Assembly (NCBI GenBank): GCA_963778655.1
Contig: CAVZVA010000002.1
Span: 544,001-608,000, forward strand
Origin: an uncultured delta proteobacterium
GTDB lineage: Bacteria; Myxococcota_A; Polyangia; Polyangiales; JAFGIB01
Direction of reading: 5' to 3'
Length of the DNA: 64,000 bases
Part shown: positions 9,609 through 22,290 of the stretch, in pieces
Position numbering within the stretch: position 1 is the stretch's first letter
Layout of the letters: each line of letters starts with the position of its first letter
The notes under the pieces: model-generated
Databases searched by the model: none
Told to the model about the DNA's origin: nothing
What the model saw: only the letters and a program-made list of their open reading frames with translations
Made by a program: the position numbers and the translations under genes

Positions 9609-10130
9609 ATGAAGAACAGCAACAGCGGCGAGCAGAGCAGACAGACGACCGTCGAAGAGGGCACCGAATTCAAAGGCACGCTGAGCTCAACCTGTCCGGT
9701 CGTGGTGCGGGGCGTCCTCGATGGTGACATCCGGGCGCCCTCGTTGACGGTAGCTCAGAGCGGTACCGTGATCGGCAACGTGCGCGCGCACAGCATCCGC
9801 TCGGAAGGCGTGCTCGCGGGCAACGTGGACGCCGACGAGGTGTCGCTGTCGGGCAGCGTGCGCAGCGAGACGGTGATTCGCGCCAAGACGCTCGAGGTCA
9901 AGCTCAGGCACGACGAGCGCAAGCTCGAGGTGACTTTCGGCGAATGCATTCTGGAAGTCGGCGACGAGCCGGCGCTGGAAGCCGCGGCGGAGCCCGAGGC
10001 GCGACGGGCGTCGCAAGCGCCCGCGCAAGCGCTGGCTGGCGACGGCGACGGCGACCGGGCCGAAGCAAGCGACGACTCCGAAGGCAAGAACGGACGCAGC
10101 GGACGGCTTTCGGTCCCGCCGCCGAGCTGA
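9609..10130 (+). CDS. Bactofilin (polymer-forming cytoskeletal protein)
   Basis: TTVEEGTEFKGTL..VVVRGVLDGDI..LTVAQSGTVIGNV..SEGVLAGNVDADEVSLSGSV. Confidence 0.88.
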   Translation: MKNSNSGEQSRQTTVEEGTEFKGTLSSTCPVVVRGVLDGDIRAPSLTVAQSGTVIGNVRAHSIRSEGVLAGNVDADEVSLSGSVRSETVIRAKTLEVKLRHDERKLEVTFGECILEVGDEPALEAAAEPEARRASQAPAQALAGDGDGDRAEASDDSEGKNGRSGRLSVPPPS

Positions 10131-10149
10131 GCGCCCAGCGAGAGTCGCG

Positions 10150-13332
<3,183 letters not shown>

Positions 13333-13354
13333 GCGCCGCCCCGGGCCGGGGCCC

Positions 13355-13400
13355 TTGCCCGCAGCGGGGGCTGATCGGTATACTGCTCGTCAGTTCAGTA
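13355..13400 (+). promoter_or_regulatory. Sigma70-like promoter overlapped by palindrome TACTG-N10-CAGTA (LexA-like box or antitoxin operator)
   Basis: TTGCCC (13355-13360), 18 nt, TATACT (13379-13384). Palindrome TACTGCTCGTCAGTTCAGTA at 13381-13400 lies between divergent dnaE2 and the RHH gene. Confidence 0.5.
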
Positions 13401-13424
13401 GTCCAGGAGTCGTTTGCGACGGCG

Positions 13425-13655
13425 GTGCACATGCCGGGCGAGCTATTCGCGCGCGTCGACGCACGCGCGAAGGCGCTGCCGATCTCCCGCAACCGCTTCG
13501 TCACCGGCGCGCTGACCAGGGCGCTCGCCGAGCAGCCCGAATGGTCGCCTGCGTTCCTGGAGGCGCTCGATTCACTGCAGCCGCTCGACGCCGCGGACGA
13601 GCTGCTCGAAAGCATCGAGACCCGGCGCACGCGCAAGGCGCCGATCGAGCTGTGA
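13425..13655 (+). CDS. Ribbon-helix-helix (CopG/VapB-like) antitoxin
   Basis: VHMPGELFARVDARAKALPISRNRFVTGALTRAL fits an RHH fold. Its stop overlaps the start of a PIN-like fragment (GTGA). Confidence 0.7.
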   Translation: MHMPGELFARVDARAKALPISRNRFVTGALTRALAEQPEWSPAFLEALDSLQPLDAADELLESIETRRTRKAPIEL

Positions 13656-13700
13656 GGTATCTGCTCGACACCAACGCCTTGGCCCTATGGTGGGTCCGCG
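13652..13700 (+). pseudogene. Truncated PIN-domain (VapC) toxin remnant
   Basis: GTG AGG TAT CTG CTC GAC ACC AAC = MRYLLDTN, the canonical VapC N-terminus. The frame then runs antisense into the DUF938 gene with no further PIN features. Confidence 0.65.
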
Positions 13701-13711
13701 GACGCCTGCTT

Positions 13712-14344
13712 CTACCTTGGTCTGCTCTCAGGAGCGCTCGCCGGCGAACTTCCTCGCACGAAGACAAGCGTCTGGTTGTTCGCCGGCATCTCGACCCGCT
13801 CGCTCAGGCGCAGCCCGTGCTCGGCCGCGAGCTCGCACACGACCTCTAAATCGCGCACGCCCCAGCGCGGGTCGCGCTCGCGCAGGCTGGCGTCGAACGC
13901 GGCGTTGCTGGGCGCGGTGTGCTGGCCGCCGATCTTGAACGGCCCGTACAGCACGAACGGGGCACCGGCCCGTAGGTGCGCGCCTACGCCGTGCAGCAAC
14001 GCATGGCACACCTCGAACGGCGCGATGTGGATCATGTTGGCGTTGAAGATCGCGTCGTAGCCGCCGACCGACCACGGCTGCTCGGTCACGTCCAGCCGCA
14101 GCACAGGCAGCACCTGCCCGCCTTCCCGGGCCCACGCGCGAATCGACGCGTGCAGCTCGAGGTCGGCCTCGCTCGGCTGCCAGCGCAGGCCGGGCAGCGC
14201 GGCGCTGAAATACGCCGCGTGCTGCCCGCTGCCGCTCGCGATTTCGAGCGCGTCGCCCTGCGCGGGCAACACGCTCCGCAGCACCGCCAGGATCGGCTCG
14301 CGGTTACGCTCGGCCGCGGGCCAGTGGCGGCGCTCGTCGCTCAT
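13712..14344 (-). CDS. DUF938 family SAM-dependent methyltransferase
   Basis: PAAERNREPIL..LEIASGSGQH..WQPSE..NMIHI..YGPF..SNAAFDASLR..WGVRD..MPANN. Confidence 0.9.
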   Translation of the reverse strand: MSDERRHWPAAERNREPILAVLRSVLPAQGDALEIASGSGQHAAYFSAALPGLRWQPSEADLELHASIRAWAREGGQVLPVLRLDVTEQPWSVGGYDAIFNANMIHIAPFEVCHALLHGVGAHLRAGAPFVLYGPFKIGGQHTAPSNAAFDASLRERDPRWGVRDLEVVCELAAEHGLRLSERVEMPANNQTLVFVRGSSPASAPESRPR

Positions 14345-14363
14345 GGATTGCCCTTGCCCGAGC

Positions 14364-15602
14364 TCAGGGCTTCACTTTCCCTTGCGTCAGGCAGCTGGTG
14401 GTCATGTCGGGCGAGAGGGTCGCGCCGGTCAGCGTGGCGCTGCCCGACTTCGTGTTGAAGCGAATGCGGCCCGCGCCGCCGCCGCCGCCGCCCGGGACGA
14501 TGGTGTCGCTTCCGTCACCACCGTTCGAGCCGTCGACGCTGGCGCCCGCGCTGCCTTTGCCACCCGCAGCGCCGGAGTCGTAGCTCGTGCTGCCCGGAGC
14601 CGGCTGGTCGTTCGACATCGCGTCGCCTGCCGATATCCCGCCCGGGCCGCCCTGACCACCTCCGCCGTTGGCCGCGAGCGTGCCCGCCACGGTCACCGTC
14701 TCGGCCTCGATCAGCAGCACCCCGCCGCTGCCGCCGCCTCCGCCCGACCAGTTGCCGTGGCCTCCGCCCACACTCACGGACGCCTCGCCCAGGATCGACA
14801 CGCTGTTGGCGGCAACGAGCTGGATCGCTCCGCCGCCAGCGCCGCCGTTGGTCTCGACGCCGCCGCCGCCCTGCGATCCACCGGCAAGCGGTATGATCTC
14901 GGGGGTGCCGTAGGCGGTCCCGCCGGCCGGAGCCGTGCCGCTCACGATGCCTCCGCTTCCGCCGATGCCACAATACGAGCCGCCCCCGCCCGCGGCCGTG
15001 GCGCTGCCGGCGCCGCCGCCACCGGGGCCGTTCCCCTTCGTCGCCCACTTGGTCTGCGTGTAGCCGCCGGCAACGGGCACGTCTGCCATCGCGGCCGCGT
15101 CCAGGCTGCCGAGAATCTCGATCTTGTCGGTGGCCACCAAGATGATGGGAAACGATCCGGTGACGGAAAGGTTCGCGTTCGGCTCGATTCGCCACGAGTG
15201 TGCCGCGTAGATCCCCACCTTGACCTGGTTCGGCTGCGTGATGACGGTGAACTTCACCGCCGAGGAGGAGAAGCAAGCGGAATCCTCCATCTCCGAGTTG
15301 ATGTAACAGCTCGACCCGGTGATATCGACGTCGCCGAGATCGGTGAGATCGAGGGCACTGAGATCGAAGTTCGAAGGCGTGAAGCCGAATGCCGCCGCCA
15401 CCGCGGCGTCGCTGGACCCGGCATCGTTGTCGGCATCCGGCGCCTGCATCATCGCAGCATCTCCGGCATCGGCGCTGCCGCCGTCAGGCTTCTTGATGGT
15501 GTTGAGCTTGCAGGCGCCCTGCAGGGGCGCCAGGCCGAGCACCGTGAGTATGCCGATCGAGACAAGACACTGCGTTGCAACGTTTCGCGAAGCGGACCGC
15601 AT
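14364..15602 (-). CDS. Secreted glycine-rich (lipo)protein
   Basis: Signal peptide ending LQGAC, DAG-rich linker, Gly-rich repeats (GGAGGGAIQL, GGGSGGVLLIEA, GGGGAGRIR). Confidence 0.7.
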   Translation of the reverse strand: MRSASRNVATQCLVSIGILTVLGLAPLQGACKLNTIKKPDGGSADAGDAAMMQAPDADNDAGSSDAAVAAAFGFTPSNFDLSALDLTDLGDVDITGSSCYINSEMEDSACFSSSAVKFTVITQPNQVKVGIYAAHSWRIEPNANLSVTGSFPIILVATDKIEILGSLDAAAMADVPVAGGYTQTKWATKGNGPGGGGAGSATAAGGGGSYCGIGGSGGIVSGTAPAGGTAYGTPEIIPLAGGSQGGGGVETNGGAGGGAIQLVAANSVSILGEASVSVGGGHGNWSGGGGGSGGVLLIEAETVTVAGTLAANGGGGQGGPGGISAGDAMSNDQPAPGSTSYDSGAAGGKGSAGASVDGSNGGDGSDTIVPGGGGGGAGRIRFNTKSGSATLTGATLSPDMTTSCLTQGKVKP

Positions 15603-15804
15603 GGAACGATCTCCTTGGTGAACCTCCGCAGCGAGAAGTCGACAGCGGATGACGCTCGACCCTAACGAATTCAAGCCGCGCCAGGCTCCCCATTCCGGGA
15701 ACCGCCGTCAAGCCATGCTCCGGCGTCACACACGGATCGCTTCCCCCAAGTCTTCGGCAGTGGGGCACGATGCCCCAGCGCTCGCCGATTTCAGAGCCCG
15801 CCGT

Positions 15805-17124
15805 CTACAGCATGACCTCGATCTCGATGCCGTCGTCGCCGGGCTCGGGCGAGGGAAAGCTCGCGGCGATCTCGCGCGAGCGCCGGCCGGCGAGTTGCTC
15901 GAGCTGGGGGCGCACCTCGGGCAGCGCCTCGAGCAGGCGATCGAAGTAGCTTTTGGCCAGGAACAGCAAGGTCGTGGCCTCGCGTGCTCGCACGCTCGCG
16001 CTCGCGCCGCCGCCCCACAGCAGCGACATCTCGCCGAACAGCTCGCCCGGGCCGAGCTTGGCCAGCTCCACGCCTTGACCGGCCTGCTCGCGCTCCACCA
16101 CCACCTCGCCGCGCAGCACCACGTACGCGCCCGGGCTGGGCTGCTCCTGGGCGACGATCTGCGCGCCCGCGGACGCTTCGACCTCGACGAAACGCTTCAT
16201 CAGGTCGATGCGCTGCGCCGGTGCGAGCGCGGCGAACAGCGGCGAGCTCGTCATCACGTGCGCGAGCAGCCGCTCGTGCGCGAACGCAGACACCACCTGC
16301 GCGAGCTGCGCGCGCGCTTGATCGGCCCCGGACAGCGCTTGCAGCGAGAGCGCCAGCAGGTCGCAATCTTCGAGCGCCACCACCGCGGCGTTGCGCGGCG
16401 CGCCCGACAGCAGCGACAGCTCTCCGAACAGCGCGCCTTCGCGCAGCGTCGCCAGATCCCGCACCTGACCGTCGCCGTGCGTACGCCGCACGCGCACGCT
16501 GCCGCGAGCCAGGATGAACATCGTCCGACCCACCGAGCCCTGCTCCACGATCACCGCGCCCGCGCGCACCCGCAGCAGCTCGCAAGCCTCGAACACCTGG
16601 CTCAGCTCCTCGATGTCCAGTTGGCTCAGCAGCGGGATCGGCATCAGCTTGTCGGGGAACAACGCGTCCTTGTGCGCGTAGTCGCTCGCAATCCGCTCGG
16701 CCTCCAGCGCGAGCTCGCTGCCACGGCCCGCGGGCGGTAGCGCGCTGCGCGGCAGCGCTTCTTCGTCGGAAGGCAACGAACGGCGCACGCCCGCGCCGAC
16801 CCGGCTCGAGCTGCGGCCGTACAGCTCGCCCACGCTGCGCAGCAGCCAGGCCAGCCCGGGCTCGAGCGTGCCCAGGATCTTGAGCGCGACCAGCGCGCGC
16901 AGCGGATAGCCGGCGTGGGTCGCGTACTGCGCCAGCCGCGTGTACACCACGGCCGCGCGCTGCACCTCGCCGAGCGCGAGCAGCGCATCGGCCGCGCGCA
17001 AGCGCGCGTCCAAGTTGAGCGGCTGCGCCTCGACGATCTGCAGGTACGCGCGCAGCGCGTCCTCGAAATGCCCTGCGTGCAGCCGTTCGTCGGCCGTGCG
17101 CTTGATGTCAGCGATGGTCGGCAT
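15805..17124 (-). CDS. TPR plus tandem cyclic nucleotide-binding domain protein
   Basis: N-terminal TPR-like helices; two cNMP domains (GALFGELSLLSGAPRNAAVVA, GELFGEMSLL..ASASVRA). Confidence 0.85.
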   Translation of the reverse strand: MPTIADIKRTADERLHAGHFEDALRAYLQIVEAQPLNLDARLRAADALLALGEVQRAAVVYTRLAQYATHAGYPLRALVALKILGTLEPGLAWLLRSVGELYGRSSSRVGAGVRRSLPSDEEALPRSALPPAGRGSELALEAERIASDYAHKDALFPDKLMPIPLLSQLDIEELSQVFEACELLRVRAGAVIVEQGSVGRTMFILARGSVRVRRTHGDGQVRDLATLREGALFGELSLLSGAPRNAAVVALEDCDLLALSLQALSGADQARAQLAQVVSAFAHERLLAHVMTSSPLFAALAPAQRIDLMKRFVEVEASAGAQIVAQEQPSPGAYVVLRGEVVVEREQAGQGVELAKLGPGELFGEMSLLWGGGASASVRAREATTLLFLAKSYFDRLLEALPEVRPQLEQLAGRRSREIAASFPSPEPGDDGIEIEVML

Positions 17125-17175
17125 GCTCACGAGGCTACCCCGTGCCGGCGGCTTCGTCGTCCCGGCCGATACCGG

Positions 17176-18555
17176 CTACTTGATGATCTTGCAGTAGCTC
17201 GGAAAGCCGCCCGGGAGCCCGGCGGCGTACGGCTCGGGCGTCACGCCGAAGGGATGGTCCTTGAGGAACTGCCACTGGGCCAGGATGTCCTCGGGCGGCG
17301 CCCCACAGTGCCCATCGCCGTGATCGCAGTCGACGACGAAGCCGCCCTTGGACGCCACGTCACTGTCCTGGTTGGCGCTGGTGACGGAGAAGTCGACGCC
17401 GGAGACCACGTCCGTGCCCTGCGCGCCGTGAGTGGTGATCAACGCGGGCACGTGCGAGGCGTCTTCGAGCGCATAGGCGACGAAGATCCCGCCAGAATTC
17501 GGCATCACCCCCGCGAGGTAGCTCGAGCGCAGGTAGAGCATCGCGCTGGCCTGCAGCCCGCCCGCGCTGCAGCCGCCGGTGTAGATGCGCCGGGTGTCGA
17601 TGTTGAGCTGCTGCACCGCGCACGCGAGGATGTCATCCGCCATCCCGAAGTCGCCCGTGTACCAGACGCCGTTTCCGGTGTTGGTGCCGGTCGCGGTCGT
17701 GGTGTCGAACGAGGCTACCAGCCCGCCGGCGGCCGTGATCTCGTCGATGGCCGGGCCCAGGATCATGGCTTCGTCGGGCTTGCCGCCCGTTCCGTGCCAG
17801 TAGAAGAAGATCGGTCCGCTGGGTTGCGCCGAACGGGCGCCGACCCAGAGCTGTACGTTCTGGCCTCGCACGGTCACGGTGCCCGTGGCCAACACCGGGC
17901 AGCTCGCCGGTGCCGTGGGGATGGGCGGCGGGGGGCCGCTGGTGCTAACGCTGCCGCCGGTCCCGCCGCTGCCGCCGGTCCCGCCAGTCCCGCCGGTTCC
18001 ACCAGTCCCGCCGCTGCCGCCAGCACCGCCAGTCCCGCCGCTGCCGCCAGCACCGCCAGCACCGCCAGTCCCGCCACTGCCGCCGCTACCACCAGCCCCC
18101 CCGCCACCACCAGTCCCGCCGCTACCGCCGGCACCACCCGTCCCGCCGCTGCCACCCGTGCTGCCGCTCTCGCCGCCGCTGCCGCCCAGCTCGCCGGCTC
18201 CACCGGCGCCGCTCTCTGCGCCTTGGCCCGCGCTCCCGTCACCGGCGGCACCTGCCGCGCCTGTTCCGCCGCTGCCGCTCGCGGCCATGGCGCCGCCGCT
18301 GCCGGTGGTCATCGCCTTCGCGGGTGACCCGGCGTCGTAGCCGGACGCGCCGCCTTCCCCGCCGTCACGACCGGGGACGATCACGCGGAACGCCGCGCCC
18401 TCGCCCGACCCGACCGCGGGCGCAACCGTGGCCTCGCCGCTGTCGCGAGCCTGGTCGCCGCCGAGCGCGACCGGGCTGCCCACACCGCCGCTGCACGCCA
18501 CGCCGAGCAGCGCGAGCGCGGCGAGCGTGCAGCTCGACTTCGCAACTCTGCCCAT
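17176..18555 (-). CDS. Lipoprotein with Gly-rich linker and C-terminal alpha/beta-hydrolase (PHB depolymerase/esterase-like)
   Basis: Lipobox LGVAC; FYWHGTGG; IDTRRIYTGGCSAGG nucleophile elbow; THG..D and GHC candidate Asp/His. Confidence 0.75.
   Translation of the reverse strand: MGRVAKSSCTLAALALLGVACSGGVGSPVALGGDQARDSGEATVAPAVGSGEGAAFRVIVPGRDGGEGGASGYDAGSPAKAMTTGSGGAMAASGSGGTGAAGAAGDGSAGQGAESGAGGAGELGGSGGESGSTGGSGGTGGAGGSGGTGGGGGAGGSGGSGGTGGAGGAGGSGGTGGAGGSGGTGGTGGTGGTGGSGGTGGSVSTSGPPPPIPTAPASCPVLATGTVTVRGQNVQLWVGARSAQPSGPIFFYWHGTGGKPDEAMILGPAIDEITAAGGLVASFDTTTATGTNTGNGVWYTGDFGMADDILACAVQQLNIDTRRIYTGGCSAGGLQASAMLYLRSSYLAGVMPNSGGIFVAYALEDASHVPALITTHGAQGTDVVSGVDFSVTSANQDSDVASKGGFVVDCDHGDGHCGAPPEDILAQWQFLKDHPFGVTPEPYAAGLPGGFPSYCKIIK
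17945..18170 (-). repeat. Low-complexity coding repeat (GG[T/A/S])n
   Basis: Imperfect 9 bp units encoding GGTGGAGGSGG in the linker. Confidence 0.7.
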
Positions 18556-18732
18556 TCACCGGGCATCGTGAGCAAATGCGATGCACAGCTCAAGTCCGCC
18601 CTACGGCCGATGCGCGGCCGCGAATGGCCGCTGCAGTCCCGGCGCGGCGCCGCACGCGGCTCCGGTGCGCACGCCCGTGCACGCTGGCGCGCCAAGCCCT
18701 GCGGTGCCGCCCGAGCGGAGCGGTGCGCCCGA

Positions 18733-19935
18733 TCAGGCCGGCTCGGCCGGCGGCGCGTGCACGTGAAGCACGCTGCGCTCGGCCGGCACCCCGACGCGCA
18801 AGGGAAAGCCGTAGTGGCCGGTGCCGCGATGCACGTACAGCCGATTGGAGCCCTGGGCCCAAAAGCCATGATCGGGCAGCGAGGTCAGCGCGGACACGAT
18901 CGTGGCCTCGATGCCGAGCCACAGCAGCCCGATCTGTCCGCCGTGCGTGTGCCCGCTCAACACCAGGTCCGCGGCGCCGTCCGGCACGTGCTTGAACGCG
19001 CCCGGGTCGTGCAGCAGCGCGATGCGCAGCTCGCCCGGATGCCGCGGGTGGCGCGCGATCACGTGCTCGACGTGCGCGGCGCGATCGCGGAAGCGGAAGT
19101 CGATGCCCAACACCTCGACCGGGCCACAGGCCGTCTGCACGCGCGCGCTCTGGTCGATCAGCAGCGTGGCGCCAGCGCTGGCCAGCGCGCCTTCGACCAC
19201 CGCGGGCGCTTCGAGGTCGTGGTTGCCGCGGCATGCGAACACCCGCCCGGGCAGCGCGCGCAGCGGCTCGAGCGCGCGTGCCAGGTGGCGCGGGTCGCCC
19301 TGCGACTCCATGGTCAGGAAGTCGCCGGTCAGCAGGATCAGATCGGGCTGGCGGCGAACGGCGCGCTCGCACAGCCTGCGCAGCTGCGCGACGGACATGA
19401 ACGGACCCAGGTGCGGGTCGGTGATCTGCACGATGCGCAGCGGTCGGGCGCTGCGCTGCGTGCCACGCGACACGCGCTGTAGCCCCGGCACGCGCGCGCC
19501 GTCGAGCACCACGTCCACCACCTCTTCGCGCGCGAACAGCGAATCGAACAGCCCGAGCAGCGCCACGCCATAGGGCAGCCACGGCCAGGGCGGGTGAAGG
19601 CCCAGCCCGAGCGCGAGCGCCCAGGGCAGACCGAGGAAGGTCCCGGCCACGAACCACGACGCCGGCAGGCTGACCAGCGCCCGGTACCAGGCCGGCCGCA
19701 TCGCCGGCCGCACCAGCGAGAGGAAATGCACGTAGGTCGCGAGCTGCAGCGCGCAGTAGGCCACGAACGCGGCGGCCCCGAAGGCGGGCGCCAGCGCGAC
19801 CGAGAGCAGGGTGTGGATCCCCAGCACGATCGCGCCGAAGCGGGCGTACATGCGCCCGCGCACCACCCGCGCCGCGAGCACGACCGCGGCCCAGCCGAGC
19901 ACGCTCGCCGCCGCAAACCATCCGCTGGCCGTCAT
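18733..19935 (-). CDS. Membrane-anchored metallophosphoesterase
   Basis: N-terminal TM helices; DPH, TGDF, GNHD, HDP and SGHTHGGQ motifs. Confidence 0.9.
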   Translation of the reverse strand: MTASGWFAAASVLGWAAVVLAARVVRGRMYARFGAIVLGIHTLLSVALAPAFGAAAFVAYCALQLATYVHFLSLVRPAMRPAWYRALVSLPASWFVAGTFLGLPWALALGLGLHPPWPWLPYGVALLGLFDSLFAREEVVDVVLDGARVPGLQRVSRGTQRSARPLRIVQITDPHLGPFMSVAQLRRLCERAVRRQPDLILLTGDFLTMESQGDPRHLARALEPLRALPGRVFACRGNHDLEAPAVVEGALASAGATLLIDQSARVQTACGPVEVLGIDFRFRDRAAHVEHVIARHPRHPGELRIALLHDPGAFKHVPDGAADLVLSGHTHGGQIGLLWLGIEATIVSALTSLPDHGFWAQGSNRLYVHRGTGHYGFPLRVGVPAERSVLHVHAPPAEPA

Positions 19936-20138
19936 CGTCTACATATGTGATCTCGCGGGCGCCATCCGTCAATCCGACGGGCCACGCGGCCGCCGTAGAC
20001 GGGCCGCGGCTCGGGCGATCTCGCGGCCGCGCGCGGCACCGCGATCGACGTGAAGCGCGCTCCGCCGCATCTCAGCATTTCTTCCCGGGTGAGCCCGGCT
20101 CTATACTCGGGAGCTGAACATCGCGATCGGAGCAAACC

Positions 20139-20993
20139 ATGACGCAAGTGCAGGTGCTGGGAATCGTCGGCGCGGGACAGATGGGTGGTGGAATCGCCCA
20201 GGTGGCGGCGCAGGTGGGCATCACGGTGCGTCTGCTCGACGTCGACGAAAAGGCGGCCCAGGCCGGACTGCGCGTGATCGAAAAGCAGCTCGCCTCGCGC
20301 GTGAGCAAGGGCAAGCTCGACGCCGCAGAGCGCGACGCGATGCTCGGGCGCATCCATCCCGGCGCCGATCTCGGACAGCTCGGCGACGCGGACTTCGTGG
20401 TCGAGGCGGCCACCGAGGACGACAAGGTCAAGCGCCAGGTGTTCGAGCAGCTGGACCGCGCCGCACCGGCACACGCGGTGCTGGCCACCAACACCTCGGC
20501 GATTCCGATCACCAAGCTCGCGGCGCACACGCGGCGGCCGGGGCAGGTGATCGGCATGCACTTCATGAATCCGGCGCCGGTGATGCGGCTGGTCGAGATC
20601 ATCCGCGGGCTGCAGACCTCGGACGCGACCGTGCAGCTCGCGCGCGAGCTGGCTGCGCGCATGGGCAAGGACGTGATCGGCGCCAACGACATGCCCGGCT
20701 TCATCGTCAACCGAATGCTGATCCCGTTCCTGAACGAGGCCTGCTTCGCGCTGCAGGAAGGGCTCGGCGGCCCGGAGGACATCGACCGCGGGGCCAAGCT
20801 CGGGCTCAACCACCCGATGGGTCCGCTCGAGCTGGCGGATCTGATCGGCCTCGACACCGTGCTCTACATGGCCGAGGTGCTGCACCGCGAGTTCGGCGAC
20901 GACAAGTACCGCCCGCCCACGATCCTGCGCAACCACGTCTCGGCCGGCTGGCTCGGCCGCAAGACCGGGCGGGGGTTCTACAAGTACAAGTGA
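20139..20993 (+). CDS. 3-hydroxybutyryl-CoA (3-hydroxyacyl-CoA) dehydrogenase
   Basis: GAGQMGGGIA, ATNTS, GMHFMNP, PGFIVNR, HPMGPLELADLIGLD, GRKTGRGFY. Confidence 0.93.
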   Translation: MTQVQVLGIVGAGQMGGGIAQVAAQVGITVRLLDVDEKAAQAGLRVIEKQLASRVSKGKLDAAERDAMLGRIHPGADLGQLGDADFVVEAATEDDKVKRQVFEQLDRAAPAHAVLATNTSAIPITKLAAHTRRPGQVIGMHFMNPAPVMRLVEIIRGLQTSDATVQLARELAARMGKDVIGANDMPGFIVNRMLIPFLNEACFALQEGLGGPEDIDRGAKLGLNHPMGPLELADLIGLDTVLYMAEVLHREFGDDKYRPPTILRNHVSAGWLGRKTGRGFYKYK

Positions 20994-21032
20994 GCCGCGC
21001 GGGGCGCCTGGGAGGCCGCATCGGACACAGCC

Positions 21033-22288
21033 TCAGCAGGCGCCGCATGCGCGCTGGCGCAGCGTGGCGATGCGCTCGCGTATCTTGTCGGCTCGCAGAC
21101 CGTCGGGCGCGAGCCGCAGGCACTTGCGGTACGCGGCCACGGCCTCCCGGGTCCGCCGTTGACGCTCGAGCGCCAGCCCGAGGTTGCGCCACGCCGGCGC
21201 ATACGAAGGATCGGCCTCGGTGGCGAGGCGAAGCAGCTCCGGCTGCGCCATTGGCGCGGCGGGCGTTACAGCCGGAGACGAGCCCGCGGCGGGGGCTGGC
21301 GCGGCCGCAACCGGCGCCGTGACGGGATGGGGTGGCGCCCCGGCGGAAGCGCGTTGCGAGGCGGCAGAAGCGGGTCGCAGCGCGGCCGGATCAGGAGACG
21401 CCGCGGCCGCAGCCTGCGGCGATGGGGCGATCGACGCCGCGGACGCGCTTGCGGAAGGCCGCTGCCGAAGATGGCGTGATCGCGCGCCAGTCCACGCGCG
21501 ATCACGGCCTCCACCTCGAGCGGAAAGCGCTTGCCGCTCACACGTTCGAGCGTGGGTGGGTCGCGCCCCAGCTTCTTGGCCAGGATCTGACCCCGATCGT
21601 CGGCATGGAACGGCAGCCTACCGGTGATCAGCTCGAACACCACGGTGGCCAACGCATACACGTCGCCCCGGCCGTCCGGCAGGCGGCCGTCGGAGACCTC
21701 CGGTGGCTGATATTCCGGGGTGCCGAAGATGGTGCCCTCGCGGGTCAACCGCGGCTGGTTCGACCGGACCAGCGTAGCGATCCCGAAGTCGAGCAGCATC
21801 ACCGTCTCCGACCCGTCCTCGCGCACCACGTACATCAGGTTCTCGGGCTTGATGTCGCGGTGCACCAACCCTTTGACGTGAATCAAGTCGAGCGCCGAGG
21901 CGATCCCGCCGAGCAACTCGGCCACGCGCCTGGGCAGTTGCGGCCCGGCGTAGGCGAGCAGGGAGGCGAAGTCGGTGCCTTGCACCTTGGGCATGACCAG
22001 GTACGGGCGTCCGTCCGGCAGGCGGCCGAGGTCGGTGACGTCGACGATGTTGCCGTGCGAGAGCGAGCTCGCGGTGCGCGCCGCGCGCAAGAGGCGCTCG
22101 ACCGCGACCTCGTCCGAGGCCCAGCGCGCAGTGAGCACCTTGATCGCGACCGCCCGCCCCAGCCCGTCGTGCGCGCCGCCGTAGACCACCCCCATGCCGC
22201 CGCGGCCGAGCATCTCGCGGATGGTGTAGCGGCCGTCGATGCTGGCGCCTATCAGCGAGTCCTGCAGGTGTGGCTGGTGCTCGAGCAT
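21033..22288 (-). pseudogene. Frameshifted Ser/Thr kinase with Pro/Ala linker and C-terminal TPR
   Basis: Kinase motifs GRGGMGVVY, AIK, HRDIKPEN, DFG, GTPEY run to VIARGLARD (about 21480). The Ala/Pro linker and TPR (AWRNLGLALERQRRTREAVAAYRKCLRLAP) continue in another frame to 21033. Confidence 0.65.
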
Positions 22289-22290
22289 GA

